The notes below the pieces were generated by a model. It was given only the letters and a program-made list of their open reading frames with translations, did not search any database and was not told the origin of the DNA. This document shows, piece by piece, positions 1 to 9,203 of a DNA stretch of 64,000 nucleotides. The translations under genes and the position numbers were made by a program. Numbering within the stretch: the first letter of the stretch is position 1; each line of letters starts with the position of its first letter. The DNA lies in IMG/VR virus record IMGVR_UViG_3300021376_000006. One strand, given 5' to 3'. Source of the stretch: a virus (Duplodnaviria; Caudoviricetes).

Positions 1-113
1 TACTATTTCTGTACACCCATAAAGTTTAGAAATTTTGTACCAATAATGATCTTGTATACTTGGGCACCATATTCCGTTGTTATATGTGTGGCTGTCACCA
101 AGATTGTATAAAA

Positions 114-1541
114 TCATTCGGTTTTTGTTTTAAGGCTTGCCAGCATACTTTTTAGTCGCGAGCTGTCAACTGTAGCCTGAGCTGATTTATCTAAGTCAAG
201 TCCAGGTTTGGGTCGGGCTGCGACCATGGGGCTGGTTGTTGTGGTAGATGTTTTGATTTGATCAAGTATCTGATTACTTGTACGGAAACCTTGTCCGCCA
301 TTCTCACTTTGTGCATCCGGTCCAGGATCGGTAATACGCATGGTTTCGATATTGTATTCTAAATCCACTTTCATACCTACGCCAGTACTGCTACGACTTT
401 TCATACATTGTATCTGATATCGACCACGCTCACGCATGGCTCGACTTGTAAAAATACCAAACACATTATCTGCTGTATTAATTTTACTGATACCACCTGA
501 TATATGACTGTGATCAAATTCTACTTCTTCGACTGCCGATCGATTTAATTGACTTGCTGTTACCATTAACATGCCTAGTTCTTTGGCTAAATTGCGTAGT
601 TCTTCACTGACATACTTGTCCTTTACAAACAAGTCATTGGGACTAACCTTGGCGCTTACTGGCATTAACAAGTCCAAGTAGTCAATCATAATAAAGTCTA
701 CCTGTCGACCTGTTTGAATTTGATATTCTTTAAGATAAGAACGTATATCATTGATATTGCTTTGGGCAGGTAGGCCTTTAACTTGATAAGTTCCTGCTTT
801 TTTTCCTACCATTTTTACTTTTAGTGTGGTGGTATCAATATCCTTACGAATATCTTTAGTACTCATGTTAGACAACATGGCATCAGTACGCAAGCTGGTC
901 AGTTCTTCACTCAGTTCCAGTGTAATATAAACGCCGTTCAATCCTGCTTGTAGCCAGTTTAGCGCAATGTTCATCATAACAAGCGACTTACCTGATCCTG
1001 ATCCACCGGCAAAGATGTTCAGTTCTCCTCTACTGAATCCACCATATAGCAACTTGTCAAGACTAGGCCATCCTGTGCTCACTTGCCCGCCTGAATTGAA
1101 ATATCGGTTGATACGAGTAGCCGGATCAGCAAAATAGTCTGTACCCATGTCTTTGGTCAAACTGATCTGTACAGCATCTTTTATCAGTTTTTCTACAGGA
1201 TCGAAGTCACCTCGTTCAATCATGTCCGCTGCTTTGAGAATAGCTCGCTCTAGTTCTTGCTTGCGACTAAATCCTTCAAACTCCTCTAGAAACCAATCAT
1301 AGTGTCCGTCTCTGAGATCAGGAACAGATCGTAATTCTATACCAGTTGCAGCCTGTATCTGTTCTCTAGTAGGCAGGGTTTTATGATCATCACTGTGTTT
1401 TTTTATAAACTTTGCAGCTTCCCGTAAACTTCTATCAAAATTTTCTGCATTGTAAATGTTCTGAACACGCACATAAGTTTCTGCGTCTTCCAACATCATT
1501 TCTAAAAATAATTTCTGTACTTCTGGATTATAATCTTTCAT
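114..1541 (-). CDS. Replicative DNA helicase, DnaB/T4 gp41-like
   Basis: Walker A GGSGSGKS, IDYLDLL Walker B, TASQLNR motif; start overlaps primase stop. Confidence 0.93.
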   Translation of the reverse strand: MKDYNPEVQKLFLEMMLEDAETYVRVQNIYNAENFDRSLREAAKFIKKHSDDHKTLPTREQIQAATGIELRSVPDLRDGHYDWFLEEFEGFSRKQELERAILKAADMIERGDFDPVEKLIKDAVQISLTKDMGTDYFADPATRINRYFNSGGQVSTGWPSLDKLLYGGFSRGELNIFAGGSGSGKSLVMMNIALNWLQAGLNGVYITLELSEELTSLRTDAMLSNMSTKDIRKDIDTTTLKVKMVGKKAGTYQVKGLPAQSNINDIRSYLKEYQIQTGRQVDFIMIDYLDLLMPVSAKVSPNDLFVKDKYVSEELRNLAKELGMLMVTASQLNRSAVEEVEFDHSHISGGISKINTADNVFGIFTSRAMRERGRYQIQCMKSRSSTGVGMKVDLEYNIETMRITDPGPDAQSENGGQGFRTSNQILDQIKTSTTTTSPMVAARPKPGLDLDKSAQATVDSSRLKSMLASLKTKTE

Positions 1542-2566
1542 GTTGTATATAGTTTTTTCTTTTTAAGTTGAATTTTTAACTTGCTTGTTTCTCTTGACGC
1601 TAATATGCTTTTTAACACAAACAATTTGCCGTATTGAACTACAGCGTCATTGATATCTTTACAGGTTTCCTGCCATACAGGAAAACTTACTGTCCATCCT
1701 GCCTCAATCGCACGATCTACTAACTTTCTTCCTGCACGATCTGTATCTGGCACAACTATAACTTCACGCTGTAGCCTATCTATCTGTTCAACTTGCGTAT
1801 CTGAAAATTCGGAACCATTAAGTGCCACACCATCCACGCTCATAGCGTCAAATGGACCTTCACATACTATGACAAATCGACTATCTGGCAGTTGATTATC
1901 TAAATTGAACACAAAATCTGCTGGATGACTTGACCAATATTTTGGTTTAATACCGTCAACGATAGCTCTTGCTGTATATCCTACTATACTTTGCTTGTAA
2001 TAAAACGGGATAATTATTCGTCGATGCAAATTGTATGCTTCTTCGGGTGTCCAGTAGAATTTATATTTGTCTATATCAATATTTCTACGATGTACATATT
2101 CAATTGCAGCAAGTAATTCTGCGGGCACATTATTGTAATCACCTATGCTGTAAAAATTAGCTAATTCAACTACATTCCTTGCTTGCTCAGGTAATGTTCT
2201 TGCCTCATAATGAATTTCTTCTTCTGGTACCTGCTCAAGCTCTTCAGGGGCTACAAGTTCTTTAAGTCTTACCGCCTCAATTACCAAGCGTCTTATTGTT
2301 AAATCATCAGCACCCAACCAGGCGAGTAATTTTCTAAACTTAAATGTAAGATGCCTTCCTGGCACATAACTGGCCTTGTAGCCACAGTTGAAGCAATGAT
2401 ACGACACCGCACCTGCATTAGTTTTTATGCCACCTCTACCTCGAGCATCAGACGATTCACCATTGTGCGGGCAGCATACAGCATTGAATGATATCCAGCC
2501 ATTCTGACCCGTTTTACGACGGGCAGGCAGTAGTTGCAAAACTGATTGCTGGATAGAGTCTAACAT
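1538..2566 (-). CDS. DNA primase, T4 gp61-like
   Basis: Zn ribbon (CCPH...HCFNC), TOPRIM motifs EGPFDA, PDTDRAG, KDIND. Confidence 0.9.
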   Translation of the reverse strand: MLDSIQQSVLQLLPARRKTGQNGWISFNAVCCPHNGESSDARGRGGIKTNAGAVSYHCFNCGYKASYVPGRHLTFKFRKLLAWLGADDLTIRRLVIEAVRLKELVAPEELEQVPEEEIHYEARTLPEQARNVVELANFYSIGDYNNVPAELLAAIEYVHRRNIDIDKYKFYWTPEEAYNLHRRIIIPFYYKQSIVGYTARAIVDGIKPKYWSSHPADFVFNLDNQLPDSRFVIVCEGPFDAMSVDGVALNGSEFSDTQVEQIDRLQREVIVVPDTDRAGRKLVDRAIEAGWTVSFPVWQETCKDINDAVVQYGKLFVLKSILASRETSKLKIQLKKKKLYTT

Positions 2567-2580
2567 ACTGCTATTGTATA

Positions 2581-3282
2581 TTAATTTTTAACAGCGGCCA
2601 ATCTTAATGATTGTAATACTCGAATATAAAACCAACCAATATCAAATTCAAACCACCGACGGCTTAAACGAGGACTAGCTGGATCCAAATGATGATTATT
2701 GTGTAATTCCTCGCCGCCAATTAATATACCAATGGGCACGATATTACGACTTTGGTCTCTGGTCTCACCGTTGCGATATCCCCAAAAATGTCCAATACCG
2801 TTAATTACTCCTGCTGCCCAGAAGGGTATCCAGATCATTTGTATACCCCATATTATGGCGCCCACCCAACCGAATAGTAAGATGTTGAACACAAGGAGAA
2901 TAGTAATGCCAAGTCTGGAGTGAGGCGTGTATAACTTATGCTCAATCCAATCATTAGGAGTGCCAACACCGTATGTATTAACCATGTCTTTATCTTTGCT
3001 TGCCTCATGATACAACAATGCTCCTTTAAGTAAAACATGCCAGATACCATAGTGTACTGGACTATGTGGATCTTCTGCTTGTTCGCAAAATCTATGATGC
3101 TTTCTATGAACCGCCACCCACTGTCGAGTGACCATTCCTGTAGTTAACCATAACCAAAAACGCATGGCATGACTGACCATGGGATGAAATTCCACTGCTC
3201 TATGTGCCTGACTGCGATGTAGGTATAGCGTCACACAGTCTATGGTGATGTGTGTGACTAAAAAAGTGTATAGTATGATCAT
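2581..3282 (-). CDS. Membrane fatty acid (delta-9 type) desaturase
   Basis: Three His boxes HRSQAH, HRKHH, HNNHH; hydrophobic segments; FDIGW near C-terminus. Confidence 0.9.
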   Translation of the reverse strand: MIILYTFLVTHITIDCVTLYLHRSQAHRAVEFHPMVSHAMRFWLWLTTGMVTRQWVAVHRKHHRFCEQAEDPHSPVHYGIWHVLLKGALLYHEASKDKDMVNTYGVGTPNDWIEHKLYTPHSRLGITILLVFNILLFGWVGAIIWGIQMIWIPFWAAGVINGIGHFWGYRNGETRDQSRNIVPIGILIGGEELHNNHHLDPASPRLSRRWFEFDIGWFYIRVLQSLRLAAVKN

Positions 3283-3315
3283 GTAATACTTATTAATTTA
3301 CGCTTATCACACAAG

Positions 3316-5700
3316 TTATCCTATATACCAATAAACCCCATCGGACCATACAGGGGCAACATTTGAGCCACCGCCACTGATTGTAGCACCAAAGTTGCCC
3401 GCGGCCGTAATGTTGCCATCTGACACAAAGGCCCTGGCTCCGGACACTGCTGTGAGGCTATCAAATGCCGCAGGAGATGTAATAGTTGTTTTTGCAAAAA
3501 CATTGCTGACAGCTCTTATATTTCCTGTGACCATAAGATTACCTGCCTGCACATTGCCAGTGTAAGTGGTCAAATAGGCAGCGGTATTTGCATTTGCTTG
3601 AGATACTATGTTATTGATATCATTTTGAAGGCTGGCAGCATTGGCATTGGCATATGTTTGATAGGCACTAAGATTAGCAGAAACAAAAGTAGCGGGTGGT
3701 AAAATTACGATGCTTCCAACCATACCGCCGTGTACGGAACATTGATACACGTAGGTGGAACCAACTAAATCAAAAGGAACTTTCCAATATAGTGTTCCAC
3801 TGACTTTTCCTTGGGCACTAGAATCTGTGCTAACAGTTCCATCTGTTGCAACATGAGTCAGACCTGTGTCGTAATTTGAACCACCAGATGATACACGAAT
3901 CATAAACGGGTGACCACTGACACTTAAAGCAAATGATATTGTTTCACCGCCGGTTACATAAATGGTTGGATTACTGCCAGAATATTGGTCAAACAGATAA
4001 CCCGAGGCACCGCTGTTTGTCACACTTAAACGTGAGACAGAAGGCAAGTACATTTGACTAGCTTGAGTGTTTGCATATGACTGATAGGCACCAAGATTTG
4101 CCTGTATAGCAACTACGTTGGCATTTGCAAAAGTTTGATATGCATTGATTGTGTTAATTGATGTTGCTTGTGATGCTGCATTGGCATTACTGAAAGTCTG
4201 GAAGGCACCAAGATTTGCCTGTATAGCAACTACATTGGCATTTGCAAAAGTTTGATATAAACCAATGTTTGCATTGATCAAATTGATACTTGTGGCCTGT
4301 GTGGCTGCATTTGCTGTGAGACTATCTAATGATTGTGCTTGCGTAGCAGCATTTGCAATTAAAGTAGTTAACGAAGTAGCTTGTACTGCGGCATTGGCAT
4401 TTGCAAAAGTTTGATAAGCACCTATATTGGCATTTATACTGTCAATTGCAGCACCTTGTGTGCCTGCGTTGGCCTGCAAGGCAGTTATGTTTGTTGACGC
4501 CGTTCCTAAATTTGCATCTATATTGATAATAGATGCTCCTTGTGCGGCAGCATTGGTGGTCAAACTGTCTAAAAACTGTGCCTGGACAGCGGCGTTACTC
4601 AATAAAGTTGTGATTGAGGTAGCCTGCGCTGCTGCATTGGCATTTGCAAAAGTTTGAAAAGCACCTATGTTTGCATTGATGCTGTCAATTGCGGTGCTTT
4701 GAGCAGCAGCGTTACTAACCAAAACTGTTAAACTAGATTCTTGACTGACTGCATTTGCAAGTAGAACGGTTAAGTTAGCAGCTTGCACTGCGGCGTTGCT
4801 TGTTAACTGTTGTAATTCTAAAGTTTGTGTTACGGCATTTCCCGACAATACATCTAACACACCTTGTTGTACGGCGGCGTTGCTCTGTAAACTAGCGATG
4901 GCCGTATTGGCCGCAGTTACATTGGCATTAACAGAAGTAATTAGACCAGCCTGTGTAGCAGCATTGGCAGTCAGTGCAGTAATTGCACCATTGGCAGCAG
5001 TTACATTTGCATTTACAAGATTTATACTTGTGGCTTGCACTCCAGCATTAGAAAATAAATTATTGATTTCGTTTGTTTGTGCAGCAGCATTGGCATTGGC
5101 ATAAGTCTGATATGCACCCAAATTGGCTTGTATGGATACTACATTTGCATTTGCATAAGTTTGATAGGCACCTAAATTGGCCTGTATGACCAAAACATTG
5201 GCGTTGGCAAAAGTTTGATATGCACCAATATTAGCATTCAAATTATTAATACTGGTTGCCTGCGTGCCTGCGTTGGCATTGCTGTACACCTGGAATGCAC
5301 CAACATTTGCACTAATTGTGTTGATGTTGGCAATCAATTGATCCAGTGTGGCAAATCCGGTATTGGCTGCAAAATTGTTTATTTGAATTTGTTGCGCTGC
5401 TGCGTTGGCTTTTAGACTGGTTATTTCAACATTGGCCGCAGTGATGTTGGCTCTTAGGCTGTCAGTTTGTACATTAGCTGCTGCAACATTGGCATTCACT
5501 GGGCTTAGATTACCCGAGTCATTAATTTGTGTAACATTGGCCAATACATGACCGCCTGCAGTAACACCATCGTGTACCCTGACAGTATCTAAATCTGTAT
5601 CAATGGTAATTTCGCCCACTAACCCAGTATAGGTAGAACTCACACTGGTATTGGCTCTTTTTAATAGTAAGTAGTTTGTTAAAGTTACATTGGCAGTCAT
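3316..5700 (-). CDS. Tail fibre / fibrous virion protein with Asn-Ala-rich repeats
   Basis: Mtd-N-like start (LLKRA...GEITIDTDLDTVRVHDGVTAGG), many GAYQT(F/Y)ANAN repeats, C-terminal YQCSVHGGM domain. Confidence 0.75.
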   Translation of the reverse strand: MTANVTLTNYLLLKRANTSVSSTYTGLVGEITIDTDLDTVRVHDGVTAGGHVLANVTQINDSGNLSPVNANVAAANVQTDSLRANITAANVEITSLKANAAAQQIQINNFAANTGFATLDQLIANINTISANVGAFQVYSNANAGTQATSINNLNANIGAYQTFANANVLVIQANLGAYQTYANANVVSIQANLGAYQTYANANAAAQTNEINNLFSNAGVQATSINLVNANVTAANGAITALTANAATQAGLITSVNANVTAANTAIASLQSNAAVQQGVLDVLSGNAVTQTLELQQLTSNAAVQAANLTVLLANAVSQESSLTVLVSNAAAQSTAIDSINANIGAFQTFANANAAAQATSITTLLSNAAVQAQFLDSLTTNAAAQGASIINIDANLGTASTNITALQANAGTQGAAIDSINANIGAYQTFANANAAVQATSLTTLIANAATQAQSLDSLTANAATQATSINLINANIGLYQTFANANVVAIQANLGAFQTFSNANAASQATSINTINAYQTFANANVVAIQANLGAYQSYANTQASQMYLPSVSRLSVTNSGASGYLFDQYSGSNPTIYVTGGETISFALSVSGHPFMIRVSSGGSNYDTGLTHVATDGTVSTDSSAQGKVSGTLYWKVPFDLVGSTYVYQCSVHGGMVGSIVILPPATFVSANLSAYQTYANANAASLQNDINNIVSQANANTAAYLTTYTGNVQAGNLMVTGNIRAVSNVFAKTTITSPAAFDSLTAVSGARAFVSDGNITAAGNFGATISGGGSNVAPVWSDGVYWYIG
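4086..4257. repeat. Near-identical 55-bp direct repeat (4086-4140 and 4203-4257) in fibre gene
   Basis: AGGCACCAAGATTTGCCTGTATAGCAACTAC(G/A)TTGGCATTTGCAAAAGTTTGATA, one mismatch; more degenerate copies extend to ~5230. Confidence 0.9.
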
Positions 5701-6188
5701 TATATTGTTCCTACATCAATTACAGCATTTGCACTGAAGTTCAACGGATCAGATTCATAGTATGCTGGTAGCACTTCTAAATCCAATGGAACTCCATAAT
5801 TTGCATCTGTATAAAGTGGACGTTCAGTATTGGTCGCCACAGTGATTAACTTTAGTGTTAATTTATAAAATCTTTGATCTAATGCAACTGTTACAGCTCG
5901 AGGAATAGTTACTGTGCCTTGACCTTTGCTGATATCAGTCATTGATACCGTAAAAGCATCAACGGCGCCTTGAATTAAAGGATCCTGTATTTGCATTTGT
6001 ACTTGATATCCGGTCAAATTGACCGGTTTTTGATCTTGATTCAAAATTGAAATTTGTAAGGGATTGTCTATTCCCTGATAGATTTTAATTGGGCGACTGT
6101 ACACGACTCTGTTCCTTGGTGAAAATACAGCAGGATCCCATAATTGGACCGTGACTGTATTCGGATATAAATAAGCTAGAATTTGCAT
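5700..6188 (-). CDS. Probable structural/baseplate-associated protein (BppU-N-like)
   Basis: IKIYQGIDN..ISILNQDQKPVNLTG pattern; adjacent to the fibre gene; late-type motif upstream. Confidence 0.5.
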   Translation of the reverse strand: MQILAYLYPNTVTVQLWDPAVFSPRNRVVYSRPIKIYQGIDNPLQISILNQDQKPVNLTGYQVQMQIQDPLIQGAVDAFTVSMTDISKGQGTVTIPRAVTVALDQRFYKLTLKLITVATNTERPLYTDANYGVPLDLEVLPAYYESDPLNFSANAVIDVGTI

Positions 6189-6195
6189 TATCTTG

Positions 6196-6202
6196 TATTT
6201 AT
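6196..6202 (-). promoter_or_regulatory. T4-late-like promoter motif ATAAATA
   Basis: 7 nt upstream of ATG at 6188; same motif recurs before many genes. Confidence 0.6.
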
Positions 6203-6208
6203 TGAAAA

Positions 6209-6586
6209 ATGGACGAACCCAACTACCAGCAGTTATTAAAAAAATATCCCTTTTTGACTTACCTTGTATATGGTGGCAATGAATACATAGGCGTTATTCA
6301 AAACCTAGATGAAGTAATTACTACAATTTATGACTACGGTGCGCTTAGAACGCTAGAACAAAAACAACAATTTCTAGAGCTGGCAGAGACTTGGTGGTGG
6401 GAAAGCAACAGGCTGATACCTATCAATGTGTTCTTGAAAACAGAATGGACTCCGTTTAGAACTGTGGTTAAAACAATGAATTCAAAAGATGTGGAAATCA
6501 AGTTCGGCCCGCAAGTGAGCCTAAAAGAAATTGCCGCCAAACGTAGCAAGCGAAGAAGTATTACTCTAGTTAGAAAATTAGGTTAG
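6209..6586 (+). CDS. Hypothetical phage protein
   Basis: Clean ORF divergent from the structural genes; TATAAATA at 6166-6173 upstream. Confidence 0.7.
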   Translation: MDEPNYQQLLKKYPFLTYLVYGGNEYIGVIQNLDEVITTIYDYGALRTLEQKQQFLELAETWWWESNRLIPINVFLKTEWTPFRTVVKTMNSKDVEIKFGPQVSLKEIAAKRSKRRSITLVRKLG

Positions 6587-7209
6587 CTATAACTGTAACT
6601 GATTTGCTCGCATATTAAGTTCATATTAACCGCAACCAGATGTGCATATCCAACTGAATGCGACTTCTTGAAGTAGTAGCTGTCATCTGCAGGACGCTTC
6701 CAGACTGACTCTGCAACTTCCTGCCATGTTCTACCAATCAAATGACGCTTGGCTGGACGTATCACTGCAAGAAACATAGCCAATCTAGGAATACTATCAA
6801 CGGGCTCGGGCATTTTTGCTAGTGTATCGTAATGTGAACCAATGTGTATTAGTTGACTACAAAAATCTCTGGCCTGTAATAAATCCCACAAGGGCTCTTG
6901 ATTCATTAACTCCTGTAAATGCTGATCATTTTTAATTTGTTGATATAACCCAACATTAAGAATATCTAATTTGATGTACCCTCGTTGTTCGGCAGCTTCA
7001 TAGTCTAAACTTGCGCGACCAGTGTAAGGATCTACAGGAATATCTGTGAAGTAAACACCTGTATTGTGTTTTGTGATTTTTTCGTCGCGTACAATACTTG
7101 CGGCTATGTGTTTCAAGCAAGACAATGCTTGATCTCTATCAGCTACATCAATGTCGATATCACTGGAAAATTTCATAGTCCAGCTTCCTTTAGCACATGT
7201 CTGCACCAT
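6583..7209 (-). CDS. Miniature DnaE (Pol III alpha)-like protein, palm/fingers core only
   Basis: SDIDIDV, H.TGVYF, GYIKLDILNV, FKKSHSVGYA correspond to DnaE PDIDxD, H..G, KxDxLGL, FNKSHxxxYA. Confidence 0.75.
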   Translation of the reverse strand: MVQTCAKGSWTMKFSSDIDIDVADRDQALSCLKHIAASIVRDEKITKHNTGVYFTDIPVDPYTGRASLDYEAAEQRGYIKLDILNVGLYQQIKNDQHLQELMNQEPLWDLLQARDFCSQLIHIGSHYDTLAKMPEPVDSIPRLAMFLAVIRPAKRHLIGRTWQEVAESVWKRPADDSYYFKKSHSVGYAHLVAVNMNLICEQISYSYS

Positions 7210-7871
7210 TCTACATCGGCCACGTAATCCTTGAACTTACGATTCCAGTAATCAGGATCAATCCAAGGAAGAACAATGGCCAAATGCTCTGTAGAAATAG
7301 ACTCAAGAAACTCAATGCCACTATTGCAGTTATATACAAGCCAAGGGCTAACGCGACCAGTGGTAATATGATGACAAATCCTATTATGATTGCCGTACTT
7401 AAAATAATGGCTGTAACTAGCAAGCCCACTATCTCCATTGGAGTATTCCTCCATTTGTTTGAGGCCGCGTTCGAGTGCGTCCTGCACTGCTTCTCGTCTA
7501 ACATATTCATGTAACCATTCTTCGTAAAATTTGTCTTTACACCAATGGTCTAATTTTTTGTTGTTCTTCAGTAACCAAGCTGTATAGCTGTTGCTGTTAA
7601 CACAGCGAATAGCAACCAAGTGTCTGCCGAACCTAACAAAAGCATTGTAATACGGACTTGTAACAAAGTCTGTATAACTCTTAAGCTGTGCGCTACCTTG
7701 TGTGGTTTCATAAAATTGTAGATACGCTCTAAGTCCAAACTGAACTCCTGTTTCGGTTTCCTGTTGCCAACGACGTTTTTCTGTACAAAGATGTGCAGCA
7801 AGAGTACTTTCTTTGCTGTAACTTTTATTACAGTATTTACACTTATAGCTCGGCTTTGATTCTTCTGTCAT
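7173..7871 (-). CDS. Hypothetical protein with N-terminal C2H2-like zinc finger
   Basis: YKCKYCNKSYSKESTLAAHLC; start refined to MTEES. Confidence 0.7.
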   Translation of the reverse strand: MTEESKPSYKCKYCNKSYSKESTLAAHLCTEKRRWQQETETGVQFGLRAYLQFYETTQGSAQLKSYTDFVTSPYYNAFVRFGRHLVAIRCVNSNSYTAWLLKNNKKLDHWCKDKFYEEWLHEYVRREAVQDALERGLKQMEEYSNGDSGLASYSHYFKYGNHNRICHHITTGRVSPWLVYNCNSGIEFLESISTEHLAIVLPWIDPDYWNRKFKDYVADVEWCRHVLKEAGL

Positions 7872-8307
7872 CCCACCCGTGTTCCTTGGCAAGTTGTTTA
7901 AGATCTGCTGTGTCGTTGATTTTGGCAAGTAATTCTAATTCATCTTCTTTGCGCTCAGGGAATATTTGTCGCAGAAACTTTACCGCTTTATTATTCGAAC
8001 CTTCACGCTTTTTTTGTTTGATCCAATCGTGCCTAAATGTACCCATGCCAGGACTGACTGTGGTAGCCAACAACCATTGTAATTCAGGATGTCGACTCAA
8101 TTCAAAGAAGTGTTTGTTAAAATTTTCGTTGCAGGCAAGTAAATAATACTGTTGTAGTTCTGTACTGCCCTGTACACTGCTGCCCCATCTAATCATTAGG
8201 TAATTGCTAAATTTCTTTCGTTCTTCATCAGTGAGATCACGATAAAAGTTTCGATCTTTAGTATCAAAGGCTCGCATTTCGTTGGCAATGTTTAATTTGT
8301 CTGTCAT
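7843..8307 (-). CDS. Clamp loader small subunit, T4 gp62-like
   Basis: KKFSNYLMIRW, N..FF.L..HPELQW.L, final helical segment typical of gp62-like proteins. Confidence 0.65.
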   Translation of the reverse strand: MTDKLNIANEMRAFDTKDRNFYRDLTDEERKKFSNYLMIRWGSSVQGSTELQQYYLLACNENFNKHFFELSRHPELQWLLATTVSPGMGTFRHDWIKQKKREGSNNKAVKFLRQIFPERKEDELELLAKINDTADLKQLAKEHGWDDRRIKAEL

Positions 8308-8579
8308 ACTGGATGGTGTGGTACTGTGTCTTCCTGATTGCTTAACGTATATATAAGTTTAACACGATCTAAGGCATCTTGTAAAGCGGCATTTGTTTTT
8401 GCAGCACGATGAATGTTTTCCCAAAGCCTTTCTTCATGCAATTCTGAAAACATTTTTTCTGTATCATAATCCCTGCCAATCTCAAATCTTTGATAAGGTG
8501 GGTCTCCTAGTTTACGTGCATAAACTATACCGTCTGCACGTTCGTATATGTAAGTAGCTCCAGGTTCTAATTGGCTCAT
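8304..8579 (-). CDS. Hypothetical protein
   Basis: Tightly packed in operon; start refined to MSQLE. Confidence 0.65.
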   Translation of the reverse strand: MSQLEPGATYIYERADGIVYARKLGDPPYQRFEIGRDYDTEKMFSELHEERLWENIHRAAKTNAALQDALDRVKLIYTLSNQEDTVPHHPV

Positions 8580-8580
8580 A

Positions 8581-9084
8581 TCACCAACATTTTGAATAAT
8601 CAACTACTTCGCTTTGTCTTGAAATGTCTTTAACAAAGTAGGCACACAAAGGTTTTTCAACACCGGTTTCCAATGGCACTGCTAACAGTTGACCTGGTTT
8701 AAGTTTTGGAAAATACCATTTAACATCTTGATAAATGTCAACTATTTCTATTTTAGCAAATTCTGGTCTAAAGCTAGTTATAGGGTTAAAACAAAACACA
8801 CTGAAGCCTCTATCATTAATACTGGTTAAAGGAACCACTTCTAGATCGCCTAGATCTGGTTCGCCGATCAACACATGCCAATCCACTGGCATTTTAACTG
8901 TGTGATCGCCTATACGTAATACCAAAGCCGGGCTATTAAAACTTTCTAAAAAGATAAGAGGAATATAAAAGTAGTCAGGTGTTCTAGAATCTGAATTATC
9001 TAGCACAGCAAATCGTAAATCCTCTATTTCGTCCGGAACTTCATTTAGCTCATAAGCTGTATTGTCAAGTGTTAGTATTCTCAT
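8581..9084 (-). CDS. Hypothetical protein
   Basis: Start refined to MRILTLDN; ATGA coupling with upstream small ORF. Confidence 0.7.
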   Translation of the reverse strand: MRILTLDNTAYELNEVPDEIEDLRFAVLDNSDSRTPDYFYIPLIFLESFNSPALVLRIGDHTVKMPVDWHVLIGEPDLGDLEVVPLTSINDRGFSVFCFNPITSFRPEFAKIEIVDIYQDVKWYFPKLKPGQLLAVPLETGVEKPLCAYFVKDISRQSEVVDYSKCW

Positions 9085-9203
9085 TGTTGTAAAAGTAAAA
9101 TTGCTGCTTTTTCTTGCCACCAACGAGCAATATCACGCATGTCAGTGCGATCTATCTGCACCCATTTTATGCCATTGCCTCGATCTTCAATTTGAAATAT
9201 CAT
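9081..9203 (-). CDS. 40-aa ORF (MIFQIEDRGN...LLLQQ), not in the supplied track
   Basis: Fills the gap exactly with ATGA overlaps at both ends. Confidence 0.5.
   Translation of the reverse strand: MIFQIEDRGNGIKWVQIDRTDMRDIARWWQEKAAILLLQQ

Noticed and set aside
3316-5700. Mtd-N-like fibre suggesting a diversity-generating retroelement
   Set aside because: No reverse transcriptase and no TR/VR pair with adenine-specific mismatches in the window
7211-7510. Very hydrophobic 99-aa alternate-frame ORF inside the Zn-finger gene (possible overprinted membrane protein or holin)
   Set aside because: No RBS or promoter; hydrophobicity is expected from a frame shift of AT-rich codons; no holin context
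8581-9084. Beta-rich ORF suspected of being a Hint/intein-like domain
   Set aside because: No N-terminal Cys/Ser and no terminal His-Asn; not inserted in a host gene
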